Source of the DNA: an uncultured Bdellovibrionales bacterium
GTDB taxonomy: Bacteria; Bdellovibrionota; Bdellovibrionia; Bdellovibrionales; UBA1609
DNA: 64,000 nucleotides
Assembly (NCBI GenBank): GCA_938002015.1
Contig: CALLAU010000003.1
Span: 4,084 to 68,083 of the forward strand
Direction of reading: 5' to 3'
Shown here piece after piece: positions 47,053 to 57,557 of the stretch (position 1 is the first letter of the stretch; each line of letters starts with the position of its first letter). A program made the translations under genes and the position numbers. The notes beneath the pieces are model-generated. The model worked only from the letters and a program-made list of their open reading frames with translations. It did not search any database and was not told where the DNA came from.

Positions 47053-48084
47053 GTGAGGTCCTTTTACCAATTAAGCCATACAGATTTAACAGACCTTCTA
47101 AAGAAAGAAGGCTTTAGCACTTCAGCAACCAATAGGCTTTTTAATTGGCATTATAAGAGAAAAGAAATAAGCCCTTGCGATCTAAAGGTCTCAGACAAAA
47201 CTAAAGATTTCTTAAAAAAGCACTTTCATTTTGATCTTCCTAAAATTGATACAGTTATTAAAGCTAAAGATAAAACGGTTAAATTTTTATTTAAGCTGCA
47301 TGATGGTCGTAAAGTAGAAACTGTACTTATACCTTTTCACCAAAAGTACTCCATTTGTGTTTCTTCGCAAGTAGGCTGTGCAATGAAGTGCTCCTTTTGT
47401 TTTACAGGCACTCAAGGGTTAAAACGAAATCTCACAACTTCTGAAATTGTTGGTCAGTATCTTAAGGCCTGGCTTTGGTTAAATGAAAATAGACCTAATG
47501 AAGCAAGAATCTCTAATATTGTTTTTATGGGACAAGGTGAGCCTTTACATAACTTTGACGCAGTAAAAAAAGCTTGTGAAATTTTTCTTTCTCAAAGCGG
47601 ACTCTCTATTGGGGCACAAAAAATTACAATTTCAACTTCAGGTTTTCTACCAGGTCTTAAAAGATGGAGCGAGGAAATGCCCGGAGTAAACCTAGCTCTG
47701 TCACTTCACTCGCCTTTTACTAAAAAAAGAGATGAACTTATTCCAATCAATAAAGCTTTCCCATTAAAAGAGGTTCTTAAGTATATTGACGAAATCCCTT
47801 TAGCTAAGAAACAGTTTGTAACCTATGAGTATCTTTTGATTAAAAATTTTAATGATCAGAGTGAAGACGCCCATACACTTGGTAAAATGCTATGTGGAAA
47901 AAGAGCTTATATAAACCTGATACCTTTTAACCCCTTTCCTGGAAGTACATACAAAAGACCTTCTCAAAATGAAGTAGAAGGCTTTAAAGCCATACTTGAT
48001 ACTTATAAAATACCCACATTAATTAGAACCACTAAAGGTGATGATGTTTTAGCTGCCTGCGGGCAATTAAACACAGCTTTATAA
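47053..48084 (+). CDS. rlmN: 23S rRNA/tRNA adenine-C2 methyltransferase RlmN (radical SAM)
   Basis: Radical-SAM cluster 'CAMKCSFCFTG', 'NIVFMGQGEPL' and C-terminal catalytic Cys 'AACGQL'. GTG start. Confidence 0.88.
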   Translation: MRSFYQLSHTDLTDLLKKEGFSTSATNRLFNWHYKRKEISPCDLKVSDKTKDFLKKHFHFDLPKIDTVIKAKDKTVKFLFKLHDGRKVETVLIPFHQKYSICVSSQVGCAMKCSFCFTGTQGLKRNLTTSEIVGQYLKAWLWLNENRPNEARISNIVFMGQGEPLHNFDAVKKACEIFLSQSGLSIGAQKITISTSGFLPGLKRWSEEMPGVNLALSLHSPFTKKRDELIPINKAFPLKEVLKYIDEIPLAKKQFVTYEYLLIKNFNDQSEDAHTLGKMLCGKRAYINLIPFNPFPGSTYKRPSQNEVEGFKAILDTYKIPTLIRTTKGDDVLAACGQLNTAL

Positions 48085-48149
48085 AATTTTTTCTCATATC
48101 TTTTTTTAAATTTGATTTTTTAGATGAACTCAAGATATCTCTAAATAAC

Positions 48150-49529
48150 ATGAGCTTAAGTCTTCTTCTTATATATTTAGTGAGCCAGTTTGGAATTTGT
48201 ATCTATGTCTCCAAAAAGATTCAAAATCAAGAAGATTTTCTTATCGCCGGCAGATCGCTTGGTACTCCACTTATTTCACTCTCACTTTTTGCAACCTGGT
48301 TTGGAGCTGAAACCTGTATTGGCTCCTCAGCTGAAGTCTTTAAGTCTGGTTTATCAGGAAGCCGCGCTGACCCTTTTGGGTATTGCATCTGCTTAATCTT
48401 AATTGGTTTATTCATAGCTCCAAAGATTTGGAACAAAGAATACCTCACACTGGCAGATCTCTATGCAGCAAAGTTTGGTAAAAACACAGAAAAACTTGCC
48501 GTATGTATTCTCTCACTTTCAGCATTGATTTGGGCGGCAGCTCAACTACGAGCTTTTGGACAAGTAGTTTCTTCAACTACTCATATTCCGGTTGATTTAG
48601 CTATGTTCTTATCTTTTGTCTTTGTAGTTGGTTATGTTATTTATGGCGGATTACTTGGAGATATTATTACTGATGGCATTCAAGCCATAGTTATTTCGCT
48701 TGGCTTAATGACCTTGTTTTACTTTATTTTTAAAAGCACTCCTGATTTTTTGACTCTGTTATCTGAGCAAACCACAGATAGACTCAGCTTTATTTCAAAA
48801 GAAGAAAGTCTCTTTGAACGTATGGACCGCTGGTCTATTCCTATTTTTGGGTCCTTAGTCACTCAGGAACTTATAAGTAGAATTCTAGCATCAAAAAGCT
48901 CGAAAGTCGCTGTACGCTCATCTTATATTGCTGCCCTTATTTATATTTTAATAGGAAGTCTTCCCGTTATACTAGGTCTTATTGGACCTGAAATTATTAG
49001 TATTAAAGATGGGAGCGAGGAACAGTTTATTATCTTACTCTCTAAAAAATACTTACCAGCGGTTTTAATGCCCATTTTCTCAGGAGCTTTAATTTCTGCA
49101 CTCTTAGCAACAATTGACAGTATTTTAATTGCTGTATCAGGGCTTCTTTCACACAACTTTCTTATTCCTAAACTAGGGATTAAAAATGAGAAAGCAAAGG
49201 TTTTAACTAGTAGAGTTGTCGTTATAGCGGCTGCTACAGTAGCATACTTACTTGCTATTTTCTCTGATAGCATCTATTCGCTATTAGAAATTGCTTCAGC
49301 CTACGGAACCTCAGGTATATTAGTGGTTACTCTTTTTGGTTTATGGACGAAGCCTCATAAAGATTCGATCGGGCTAGCCACTCTTATTGTTGGCGTTATA
49401 TGCACACCTTTATACGAGTATGTTTTTAAATTTGAAGCTCCTTTTTTATGCTCTGTAATAACATGTTTGATTTTCTTCCTAGTTCGCTTAATAACAGAAA
49501 ATCACAGGCAAACTTCTCATCCTGTTTGA
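48150..49529 (+). CDS. Sodium:solute symporter (SSS) family transporter
   Basis: ~12-13 TM helices and 'FLIAGRSLG...SLFATWFGAETCIGSS', typical of the SSS N-terminal region. Confidence 0.75.
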   Translation: MSLSLLLIYLVSQFGICIYVSKKIQNQEDFLIAGRSLGTPLISLSLFATWFGAETCIGSSAEVFKSGLSGSRADPFGYCICLILIGLFIAPKIWNKEYLTLADLYAAKFGKNTEKLAVCILSLSALIWAAAQLRAFGQVVSSTTHIPVDLAMFLSFVFVVGYVIYGGLLGDIITDGIQAIVISLGLMTLFYFIFKSTPDFLTLLSEQTTDRLSFISKEESLFERMDRWSIPIFGSLVTQELISRILASKSSKVAVRSSYIAALIYILIGSLPVILGLIGPEIISIKDGSEEQFIILLSKKYLPAVLMPIFSGALISALLATIDSILIAVSGLLSHNFLIPKLGIKNEKAKVLTSRVVVIAAATVAYLLAIFSDSIYSLLEIASAYGTSGILVVTLFGLWTKPHKDSIGLATLIVGVICTPLYEYVFKFEAPFLCSVITCLIFFLVRLITENHRQTSHPV

Positions 49530-49558
49530 ACAAATAAATTTTCATAGAAATAAAAAAC

Positions 49559-50188
49559 TTATAAATTAAAGTAGTCTTTAATACCAAACAGAACTGAGTT
49601 AGCAGCAATTGAAGCTAGAATAAGTCCCATTACTTTACTAATAACAATCGCTCCAGTTTTTCCAATTCTTTTATTAATAGGCTTAGAAAAATACATCAGA
49701 AGAAAATTGATTGCTAAAATAAAAGCCATAATTAAAGCTGTCGTTGCCTGGTCAACTAATGAGTGTCTTGAATTATCTGTTAAAAACACAACTGCTAAAA
49801 TTGCTCCGGGGCCTGCTATTGATGGAATGGCAAGAGGGAAAATCGCAGTTTCAGAGGCATCCTTTACCATATTGATTTCTTCCTCTGGTTTACTGTCTCC
49901 AAAAATCATATTTAATGCGAATAAGAATAGAATAATACCACCAGAAATTTGAAATGCAGAGAGAGGAACTCCGACATAGCGGAGCAAGATTTCACCAACA
50001 ACCAAGAAAAACAACAAAATAAAGAAGGCCGTAATACTCGCAGACTTTGCAATTTTAACTTTATCTAAATCACTATAGCCCTTAGTAACTGCAAGAAAGA
50101 CTGGCAGAGTTCCTACTGGGTCTATAGCGGCCCAAAGAACAACAAAACTACTTACTATTGTATCTATATCAATAGCTACTATATTCAT
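49559..50188 (-). CDS. MarC-family (UPF0056) integral membrane protein
   Basis: Six TM helices with 'AIDPVGTLPVFLAVT' and 'FPLAIPSIAGPGAI' signatures. Confidence 0.8.
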   Translation of the reverse strand: MNIVAIDIDTIVSSFVVLWAAIDPVGTLPVFLAVTKGYSDLDKVKIAKSASITAFFILLFFLVVGEILLRYVGVPLSAFQISGGIILFLFALNMIFGDSKPEEEINMVKDASETAIFPLAIPSIAGPGAILAVVFLTDNSRHSLVDQATTALIMAFILAINFLLMYFSKPINKRIGKTGAIVISKVMGLILASIAANSVLFGIKDYFNL

Positions 50189-50265
50189 TTAAAAAACTTC
50201 CTTACAATCTTAATGTATTAAGACTAGAGTGTATCAAAACATAAATCAAACAGAGGACTTTAAAA

Positions 50266-50805
50266 TTGAAAGACGACGTATCCATAGCCCAGTCAGTAGC
50301 AGTACTCATAGACGGTAATAATATCGAAAGAAGCCTACATGAGGTTTATAAAACAAAGTCAGCAATGCTAAACTTTGACACTCTGATTCCAAGGCTTATT
50401 CAAAAAAGAGGCTTAAATAGACTTATATACTTTAGAGAAGGGAAGAATATTTCATCAAAACTTGCTGAAAGACTTCATGAAAATTTTTATGGAGCAGTTA
50501 GACCATGTCACAAATCTGCCGACATACCTCTTTCAATTAAAGCCACACAGTTATCTAGTAAAGTGGATACTATCATCATCTTATCAGGAGACTCAGACTA
50601 TATTGAAACTGTTAGGCACTTAAAAGCAGAAGGGGTTCGCGTTGAGATTTGTGCAGTAAAAGAGACTACTGCAAAAATTCTAGAAGAAGAATGTGATTAC
50701 TTTCACCCTATTTTAAAAGAAGATTGCTTTATCTACAGTACAGGAAAAAAGAAAAAAACTACGTCTAAAGCTAAAACTCAGAAGAAAAGAGCTACAAAAC
50801 AGTAG
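50266..50805 (+). CDS. NYN-domain (LabA-like) putative RNase with Lys-rich tail
   Basis: 'VAVLIDGNNI' and 'IIILSGDSDYIETVRHLKAEGVRVEI' (acidic NYN/PIN-like residues). TTG start. Confidence 0.65.
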   Translation: MKDDVSIAQSVAVLIDGNNIERSLHEVYKTKSAMLNFDTLIPRLIQKRGLNRLIYFREGKNISSKLAERLHENFYGAVRPCHKSADIPLSIKATQLSSKVDTIIILSGDSDYIETVRHLKAEGVRVEICAVKETTAKILEEECDYFHPILKEDCFIYSTGKKKKTTSKAKTQKKRATKQ

Positions 50806-50905
50806 TCATTTAACCATTAATCACTAAGCCTTAGTTCTATTTGAAATAAGGTTTATAAAGATTTCATTCATACAACAAAGATATCACTGATGAGAAATCA
50901 CTGAT

Positions 50906-52297
50906 ATGACTTTAAATATGGAATCTCAATTTTCAAAATTATCTTTAATAAATGAGCTCTTAGAGAGTCTATCAAACCTTGGCTATATGGACATGACTCC
51001 TATACAAGAAAAAAGCCTCCCTCTCATAATCAAAGGCAATGACGTTATTGCTCAAGCTAAAACTGGCTCTGGTAAAACTGCTGCTTTTGGCCTTGGAATT
51101 CTCAACTCTTTAAACACTTCCTCTAATAACCTTCATAGCCTCATACTCTGCCCAACTCGAGAACTTGCAGAACAGGTGGCTAGTGAGCTTCGTAAATTAT
51201 CAAGAGCACTTCCTAACGTTAAAATTCTGACTCTATGTGGTGGATCCCCTGAAAACTTACAAGATAGGTCTTTAAAATCAGGTGTACATATTGCTATAGG
51301 AACACCTGGAAGAGTGCTTCAACACCTTAAAAAAGGTAGCTTAAATTTAGACAGTCTAAACATTTTCACTCTTGATGAAGCTGATAGAATGCTTGATATG
51401 GGTTTTGAAGAAGAGCTTAATGAAATTATAAGCCATCTTCCAAAAAAGAAGCAAAGCCTTCTCTTCTCTGCCACTTACCCTGAAAATATAGCCTCTTTAA
51501 GTGAGCGATTTCAAAAAGATGCTCTTAAAGTTCAAATAGACACCACTCACGAAGAAAGTAATATTGAAGAAATTTTCTATGAAGTCTCACCAACTCAAGA
51601 TAAAAACAATATTCTTTATAAAATATTAAGTTCTTCTAAACCAAAAAGAGTTATTGTGTTTTGTAGAACAAAAAAAGAAACCGCTGATGTTGCAGATTTT
51701 CTTTTAAACAGAAACATCAAAGCTAAGTGTATTAACGGAGATTTAGAGCAAAACGAAAGAAATGAGGTTTTAGCTAAATTTTCAAATCGCAGTCTCTCTA
51801 TTTTAGTTGCTACAGATGTAGCAGCTCGCGGTCTAGACATAAAAGACTTAGAAGCTGTAATTAATTATAATATGCCTTCTGGTGCTGATGCTTATATTCA
51901 TAGAATTGGAAGAACAGGAAGAGCTGGTAAAAAAGGCCTTGCATTTAGTTTTTTTAATCCAGCTGAAGAGTTCAGACTTAATGAAATTAAAGATCTAACA
52001 AAAAAAGACTGTATTATAGAAGATCCTAAAAAACTTTCCTATAAAGAAAAATATAACCTCATACCACCAATGAAGACTATGTATATCAGTGGTGGCAAGA
52101 AGGATAAAATCAGAAAAGGTGATATCTTAGGAGCCTTAACAGGAGAGGCAAAGATGAAGTTTGAAGACATAGGAGAAATCCATATCTTTAATGCTTTTAG
52201 TTTTGTAGCTATTAAGAGAAAGAATATCGACCTTGCTATTAAAAGACTTAGTCAAGGCCGCATAAAAAAGAAGAAATTTAAAGTCGGACTAGCTTAG
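50906..52297 (+). CDS. dbpA: DEAD-box ATP-dependent RNA helicase DbpA-type
   Basis: Q motif, 'AKTGSGKT', 'LDEADRMLDMGF', 'SAT', 'HRIGRTGRAG' and a C-terminal DbpA RNA-binding domain 'MYISGGKKDKIRKGDILGALTG'. Confidence 0.8.
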   Translation: MTLNMESQFSKLSLINELLESLSNLGYMDMTPIQEKSLPLIIKGNDVIAQAKTGSGKTAAFGLGILNSLNTSSNNLHSLILCPTRELAEQVASELRKLSRALPNVKILTLCGGSPENLQDRSLKSGVHIAIGTPGRVLQHLKKGSLNLDSLNIFTLDEADRMLDMGFEEELNEIISHLPKKKQSLLFSATYPENIASLSERFQKDALKVQIDTTHEESNIEEIFYEVSPTQDKNNILYKILSSSKPKRVIVFCRTKKETADVADFLLNRNIKAKCINGDLEQNERNEVLAKFSNRSLSILVATDVAARGLDIKDLEAVINYNMPSGADAYIHRIGRTGRAGKKGLAFSFFNPAEEFRLNEIKDLTKKDCIIEDPKKLSYKEKYNLIPPMKTMYISGGKKDKIRKGDILGALTGEAKMKFEDIGEIHIFNAFSFVAIKRKNIDLAIKRLSQGRIKKKKFKVGLA

Positions 52298-52896
52298 TTT
52301 AGTGCTTTAATAATATCTTCTACTTGAGCTCTCACTTTATAATTTTCATTTACATATGAAAATGTGATCTTCCCCTGTTTATCAATGATAAATACTGCAG
52401 GAACAGCAATAATATGGTGTTGTTTTCCAGATGATTTTTCTAAATCAATTTTATAACTTTTCTTATATTTTTTAACCAAGTCTTCTGGGACTTTATAAGC
52501 AACATTGTATTTTTTAATGAGCTTAGCTTGAGAGTCGCTAACTACTCTCATTCCTAAGTCTTCCTTCTTTTGAGTTTTTAAAGCCTCATCTACTTTATCT
52601 ACACTTACTACTACTAACTGAGCTTTTTTCACTTTCACTACTGGAAGTACTTCAGCTTGTAGACTTCTAAGCTGAATATTACAGTATGGACACCAACCAC
52701 CACGGTAAAATACTAGTACAACCTCTCCTTTTTTAATCTCATCTTCTAGTTTAAAGGCTTCACCCTTAATATCCTTAACACTAAAGGCAGGAGCCTGATT
52801 ACCTATAGAAATACCTAGTGATTTTTGCTTAGCTAAAGCCAGATTTGATGAAAAGAAACTAAAAGAAAGTATCGTGAAAGTTAAAAACTGAATCAT
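52294..52896 (-). CDS. Secreted AhpC/TSA-type peroxiredoxin-like thioredoxin-fold protein
   Basis: Signal peptide and 'VLVFYRGGWCPYCN'. Confidence 0.7.
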   Translation of the reverse strand: MIQFLTFTILSFSFFSSNLALAKQKSLGISIGNQAPAFSVKDIKGEAFKLEDEIKKGEVVLVFYRGGWCPYCNIQLRSLQAEVLPVVKVKKAQLVVVSVDKVDEALKTQKKEDLGMRVVSDSQAKLIKKYNVAYKVPEDLVKKYKKSYKIDLEKSSGKQHHIIAVPAVFIIDKQGKITFSYVNENYKVRAQVEDIIKALN

Positions 52897-53234
52897 TTAA
52901 AAAAATCTCCATCTATTTTTCATATAATCAAAAGATGAGTCTAACTCTAAAAACTCTGTATTCAAAAATGGTATAAATTTACACACCATTTTGGCATTAA
53001 TATACAACAGATTATATGTCTTCTGTTTAATCACTCAGGTCTATGGTCATATTTTTATAAATTTATTATCCAGCATACACTTAAGAGTTGATTAATAGAC
53101 TGGCCATGCTAATTCCTTAAATACTCAACTAGTGGTTTCTCTAAGAAAGAATAAGCTTAGCTCTGTATTTGTTATTACTCATTTTCCTTTTTTGGCCTAC
53201 AAGCCAGAAAAAGCTTAGTTTTTAAAGGGTTTCT

Positions 53235-54848
53235 ATGGAATCAGGTGTTCAACTCGTATCAAAATCTCAAGGTAGTGTCCAAAACGATGTTTTCTCAGGC
53301 ATAACAGTTGCCTTAGCACTTGTCCCTGAAGCTGTTGCTTTTGCTTTTGTTGCTGGCGTTTCCCCAATTGTAGGTCTTTACGGAGCATTTATGATGTGTC
53401 TTCTCACTGCTGTCTTAGGTGGGAGGCCCGGCATGATTTCTGGCGCCACAGGAGCAATGGCCGTTGTTATGGTACACTTAGTGTCTGAAGGTAACTCCTT
53501 AGGGGGAGGCTCTTCATCTGGTGTTGAGTACCTTTTTATAACTCTCTTACTCGTTGGGTTTTTGCAAATATTAGCTGGAGTTTTTCGTTGGGGTAAGTTT
53601 ATTAGACTTGTTCCTCAACCTGTAATGATGGGCTTTGTAAATGGCCTTGCTATTGTCATATTCTTATCTCAAATGGGAATGTTTAAAGTTCAAGGGGTCT
53701 GGATCTCGGGAAATGATCTTTATACAATGCTTGGGCTTGTAGGTTTTACACTTTCTCTACTTTTCCTTATTCCGTTTGTTCATAAAAAAGCTCCTGGAGC
53801 ACTAATATCTATTATGGTCGTTACAGGAATTGTAGTTTATTTTAAAATCGATACAGCAACTGTACTTTCTTTTATTCAAAGCAATGGCGGGAGCGGAATT
53901 AAAGGAACACTCCCCCACTTCTCACTCCCTTCAGTCCCCTTTAACCTAGAAACGCTTTATTTTATTACTCCATACGCTTTTATTCTAGCAGCTATTGGCC
54001 TTATTGAATCCCTTATGACTCTTAACCTTATTGATGAGCTTACAGGGACTAGAGGCAATGGAAATAAAGAATGTATGGCTCAAGGCTTTGCAAACTTTGT
54101 TAATGGTCTTTTTGGCGGTATGGGTGGCTGTGCTATGATTGGCCAAAGTATTATCAACATCACCTCTGGAGGAAGAGGAAGGCTTTCTGGAATAGTAGCC
54201 TCTCTAGCTCTTCTTATTTTTATTCTCTTTACATCAACTTATATTGAGGCCGTACCTATAGCAGCGCTTGTTGGAGTAATGTTCTTTGTGGTTTTTAAAA
54301 CTTTTGCTTGGAATACTTTTAATATTATAAACAAAGCTCCTAAATGGGATATTGCAGTTATAGTCATTGTAACAGCTTTAACAGTAATTTTTGATTTAGC
54401 TATAGCAGTAATTGCTGGAGTTATTATTTCAGCTCTTCTTTTTTCTTGGGAAAACGCCTTAAGAATTAGAGTAAGAAAATCTGTTGATGAAAAAGGAATT
54501 AAACATTACGAAGTTTTTGGCCCTCTCTTTTTTGGCTCTACAAGTCTTTTCCTAACTAAGTTTGAAATTGATAAAGATCCCAAAGAAGTGATTATAGACT
54601 TTAAAGAGTCTAGAATTATGGATCTTTCAGCAATTGAAGCAATTAATAAAATTGCTGAAATGTATCAACTTCAAGGCAAAAACATTCACCTTAGACACTT
54701 AAGCAAAGATTGCACCAAGCTCATTAAAAAGGCTGAAAAAATATGCGATGTAAATGTTTTAGAGGACCCTGACTATTTTATTAGTGTGGATGACTACAGG
54801 GAACTTAAAGATAGTCTAAAAGTTAAGGGTAACGGCAAAAGCTCTTAA
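53235..54848 (+). CDS. SulP-family anion permease with C-terminal STAS domain
   Basis: 'DVFSGITVALALVPEAVAFAFVAGV', 'NKECMAQGFANFVNGLFGG' and STAS region 'YEVFGPLFFGST...DFKESRIMDLSAIEAI'. Confidence 0.85.
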   Translation: MESGVQLVSKSQGSVQNDVFSGITVALALVPEAVAFAFVAGVSPIVGLYGAFMMCLLTAVLGGRPGMISGATGAMAVVMVHLVSEGNSLGGGSSSGVEYLFITLLLVGFLQILAGVFRWGKFIRLVPQPVMMGFVNGLAIVIFLSQMGMFKVQGVWISGNDLYTMLGLVGFTLSLLFLIPFVHKKAPGALISIMVVTGIVVYFKIDTATVLSFIQSNGGSGIKGTLPHFSLPSVPFNLETLYFITPYAFILAAIGLIESLMTLNLIDELTGTRGNGNKECMAQGFANFVNGLFGGMGGCAMIGQSIINITSGGRGRLSGIVASLALLIFILFTSTYIEAVPIAALVGVMFFVVFKTFAWNTFNIINKAPKWDIAVIVIVTALTVIFDLAIAVIAGVIISALLFSWENALRIRVRKSVDEKGIKHYEVFGPLFFGSTSLFLTKFEIDKDPKEVIIDFKESRIMDLSAIEAINKIAEMYQLQGKNIHLRHLSKDCTKLIKKAEKICDVNVLEDPDYFISVDDYRELKDSLKVKGNGKSS

Positions 54849-54930
54849 AAAAAAACCTTATTTACTTTCGTTAAGATCAAATCTCCTTTAATATACTTCT
54901 TTATAATTAAAAAAAGGATATTAAAAAGGC

Positions 54931-55791
54931 GTGAGAAGTATTTATTTAGATGAAATTAAAAAAACCTCTGTAAAAATCTCTTGCCTTCATATACTTAGTA
55001 CAGGCTTTACTAAAATTTTCCCTCGCTTAAGTAGTAAGTTCTTTTTAAAACTCCTTTGCTCTCCAAGAAGCAGAAGAGAGTATGAGCTTAGAACTAAAAA
55101 AAACCCCAAAATTCATAAAGTTAAAACAAAAATGGGAGAGGTTTGTCTTTATCGCTTTGGAAATGGACCAAAAAATATATTTTTAACTCACGGCTGGGCT
55201 GATAGCACAAGACGCTTTACAAGCCTGATTGATAAGCTTCTTCTTAATGACAATCTAAGTGTTTGGTCTCTTGATCATATTGGACATGGGAAGTCTGATG
55301 GAAACCTTGCTCACTTATTTGGGTTCATTGATGGCTTAGATAAAAGTATTAAATTTATTAATTCTAAAGGTTTTAAGGTAGACACCTTTATTTCTCATTC
55401 AATGGGAGGTTTAGCTCTTCTTAATCTAGAAGAAGAAAAACTTAAAAGCTCAAATAAAATTATTATTTCTTCTCCTTCTAAGTTTTTTGAATTTATGTTT
55501 AAAAGAATCTCCTCTATTGGCGTCTCCCCTTACACATTAAATAATTTATTAACTAAAATTTCATTTCAATACGGTACAGACTGGAACTCTCTATCTCCTG
55601 ATCAAAATACCCATAAAATAAACTCTAGCTTTTTATTTATTCACGATGAAGATGATGAAGTTTGCTCTATTAAAAACCTTAAAAATCTTATTAAAAATAA
55701 AGAACATCGTTTTTTTTCAACTAAAGGACTTGGACATTTAAAGATATTAAAAGATGAGAGTGTTTTAGATAGAATCTTTAAAGAGGTTTAA
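54931..55791 (+). CDS. Alpha/beta hydrolase
   Basis: 'FLTHGWADS' and nucleophile elbow 'ISHSMGG'. C-terminal 'GLGHL'. GTG start. Confidence 0.65.
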   Translation: MRSIYLDEIKKTSVKISCLHILSTGFTKIFPRLSSKFFLKLLCSPRSRREYELRTKKNPKIHKVKTKMGEVCLYRFGNGPKNIFLTHGWADSTRRFTSLIDKLLLNDNLSVWSLDHIGHGKSDGNLAHLFGFIDGLDKSIKFINSKGFKVDTFISHSMGGLALLNLEEEKLKSSNKIIISSPSKFFEFMFKRISSIGVSPYTLNNLLTKISFQYGTDWNSLSPDQNTHKINSSFLFIHDEDDEVCSIKNLKNLIKNKEHRFFSTKGLGHLKILKDESVLDRIFKEV

Positions 55792-55799
55792 AAAAGTTT

Positions 55800-56333
55800 G
55801 TGATTGATTATAAAGGTATGAAAATATTAAAATCTACTCTTCAAAAAAATATTGATTCACTTGAGAATAAATCAATTTTAAAAAGAATTGCAACGCGTGC
55901 GATAATATTAAATGAAAACAAAATCTTACTTCTTTATACTAAAAGATATGATGACTACAGTTTACCTGGAGGCGGTGTAGATAAAGGTGAAAGTATTCAA
56001 GAAGGTCTCATAAGAGAAGTACACGAAGAAACCGGGGCCAAGAACATTAGAAATATTAAACCTTTTGGCATATATGAAGAGTATCGCTCTTGGTATAAAC
56101 CAGAACATGATATCTTACATATGCTCTCATACTGTTTTACTTGTGATATTGATTCTAAACTTGGCGAAACAAAGTATGAAAGCTATGAAGTAAATAACGG
56201 AATGAAGCCTGTTTGGGTAGATATTAATAAAGCTATTAAGCATAATGAAAATATAATTACTTCAAGTGAAAAAAAGGGGCTTTCTATTGAACGAGAAACT
56301 TTTTTACTCAAACTTATTAAAGCTCAAGTCTAG
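55800..56333 (+). CDS. NUDIX hydrolase
   Basis: Nudix box 'GGGVDKGESIQEGLIREVHEETGA'. Confidence 0.85.
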   Translation: MIDYKGMKILKSTLQKNIDSLENKSILKRIATRAIILNENKILLLYTKRYDDYSLPGGGVDKGESIQEGLIREVHEETGAKNIRNIKPFGIYEEYRSWYKPEHDILHMLSYCFTCDIDSKLGETKYESYEVNNGMKPVWVDINKAIKHNENIITSSEKKGLSIERETFLLKLIKAQV

Positions 56334-57438
56334 CTCCCTCTGTTATTTGAAATAACTTTTCGTTTATAAACACAAGCGCTTCTCTGTCAGGAACTATTCC
56401 GAATTCATCTTGATATTCAGCTGAAACTATTTCTAGTAATTGATTTTTAAATTCCGATGAAAAACTCTGACTTAAATCAGTGCCATAGCTTGTATTAATT
56501 AGATCCGCTAGCTCTGGCCACACGTTAATAAATAAAGCCGCTCCTACAACATAAGGAAAAATACGATTTATCCATCTATTATAATGCTCGAATTTAAACA
56601 CTAAACTAAATTGCTTGCTAAGCTCTTCTTGATCACCAACTTCAAGAATATTTCCTTCAAAAAATCTATCAAAGTTCTTTTTAACTTTTGGATAATCAAA
56701 TAAGCTAAATCTAGGGTAAAAACCAGGAAAATAGATCGCTCTAATATTTAAAAAATTTACTCCTAAAACAGATGCCCAGTAAAAGTATCTTCTTGCCTTA
56801 AAAAGACCCGAAACCCCACCTTCAGATATATAAGCTTTTAAAGACTTTCCATAAAGCTGGCCCTCCCATCTTAGTCTTGCAAGTTTTTTAAGACCTGATA
56901 AGTTCTCACCACTGTTAATACTTACGGACTGTCCATTTAAGTAGATTAAGTCCATAACTTTTAAGTATGCGTCTTTATTTAAAACTTCCCCTTTTGGCCA
57001 CCTACTCACAGCTTGAATAAGAGCTTTTGTTCTTTTTTTCCTAAGAAATTTAATGTAGCCAGCATCAGACATGTCAGTTCTATACTCTCTTAATAAAATT
57101 TCTCTAGCCTCTAGGTAGGAGATTCTATCTTCATTTGTTTGAAGCTCATCAAGAAGCCCTCCCTCACTTATCTCTTTATTTTTTAACCGAGTAACAAAAT
57201 CCTCTACTTTAGAATCAATTAAGTTTTGATCTACTCCGCCAACTAGTCTTGGAATAGGGTCAAAAAAGAACTTTGGAAGCTTAGAGCGTGTGTTTTGATA
57301 TCTATTCAACACAAGGCTTAACGCAGATTTTTTATGAACACTTAATACACTTTTACAGGTTATTTGAGTCGCTGAAGCCCCTGGCAAATAGCCAAAACCT
57401 AAAAGTAAACAAAAAATAAGTGTTTTTCTAAACATCAA
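56317..57438 (-). CDS. Hypothetical secreted protein (373 aa)
   Basis: Signal peptide 'LIFCLLLGFGYLPGASA'. No recognisable family. The 3' end overlaps the NUDIX gene by 17 nt (convergent). Confidence 0.45.
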   Translation of the reverse strand: MMFRKTLIFCLLLGFGYLPGASATQITCKSVLSVHKKSALSLVLNRYQNTRSKLPKFFFDPIPRLVGGVDQNLIDSKVEDFVTRLKNKEISEGGLLDELQTNEDRISYLEAREILLREYRTDMSDAGYIKFLRKKRTKALIQAVSRWPKGEVLNKDAYLKVMDLIYLNGQSVSINSGENLSGLKKLARLRWEGQLYGKSLKAYISEGGVSGLFKARRYFYWASVLGVNFLNIRAIYFPGFYPRFSLFDYPKVKKNFDRFFEGNILEVGDQEELSKQFSLVFKFEHYNRWINRIFPYVVGAALFINVWPELADLINTSYGTDLSQSFSSEFKNQLLEIVSAEYQDEFGIVPDREALVFINEKLFQITEGARLEL

Positions 57439-57557
57439 CTTAACAGTTATGAGGAGCTTCTTAAAAGCTCGGGCTCTTCCTTTCTTCAGAAAGAATACTG
57501 CAAATTTAGAGCCAAATTGGTTTCTAAATTAATCTCTATAAGCTTTTTTAATAACTT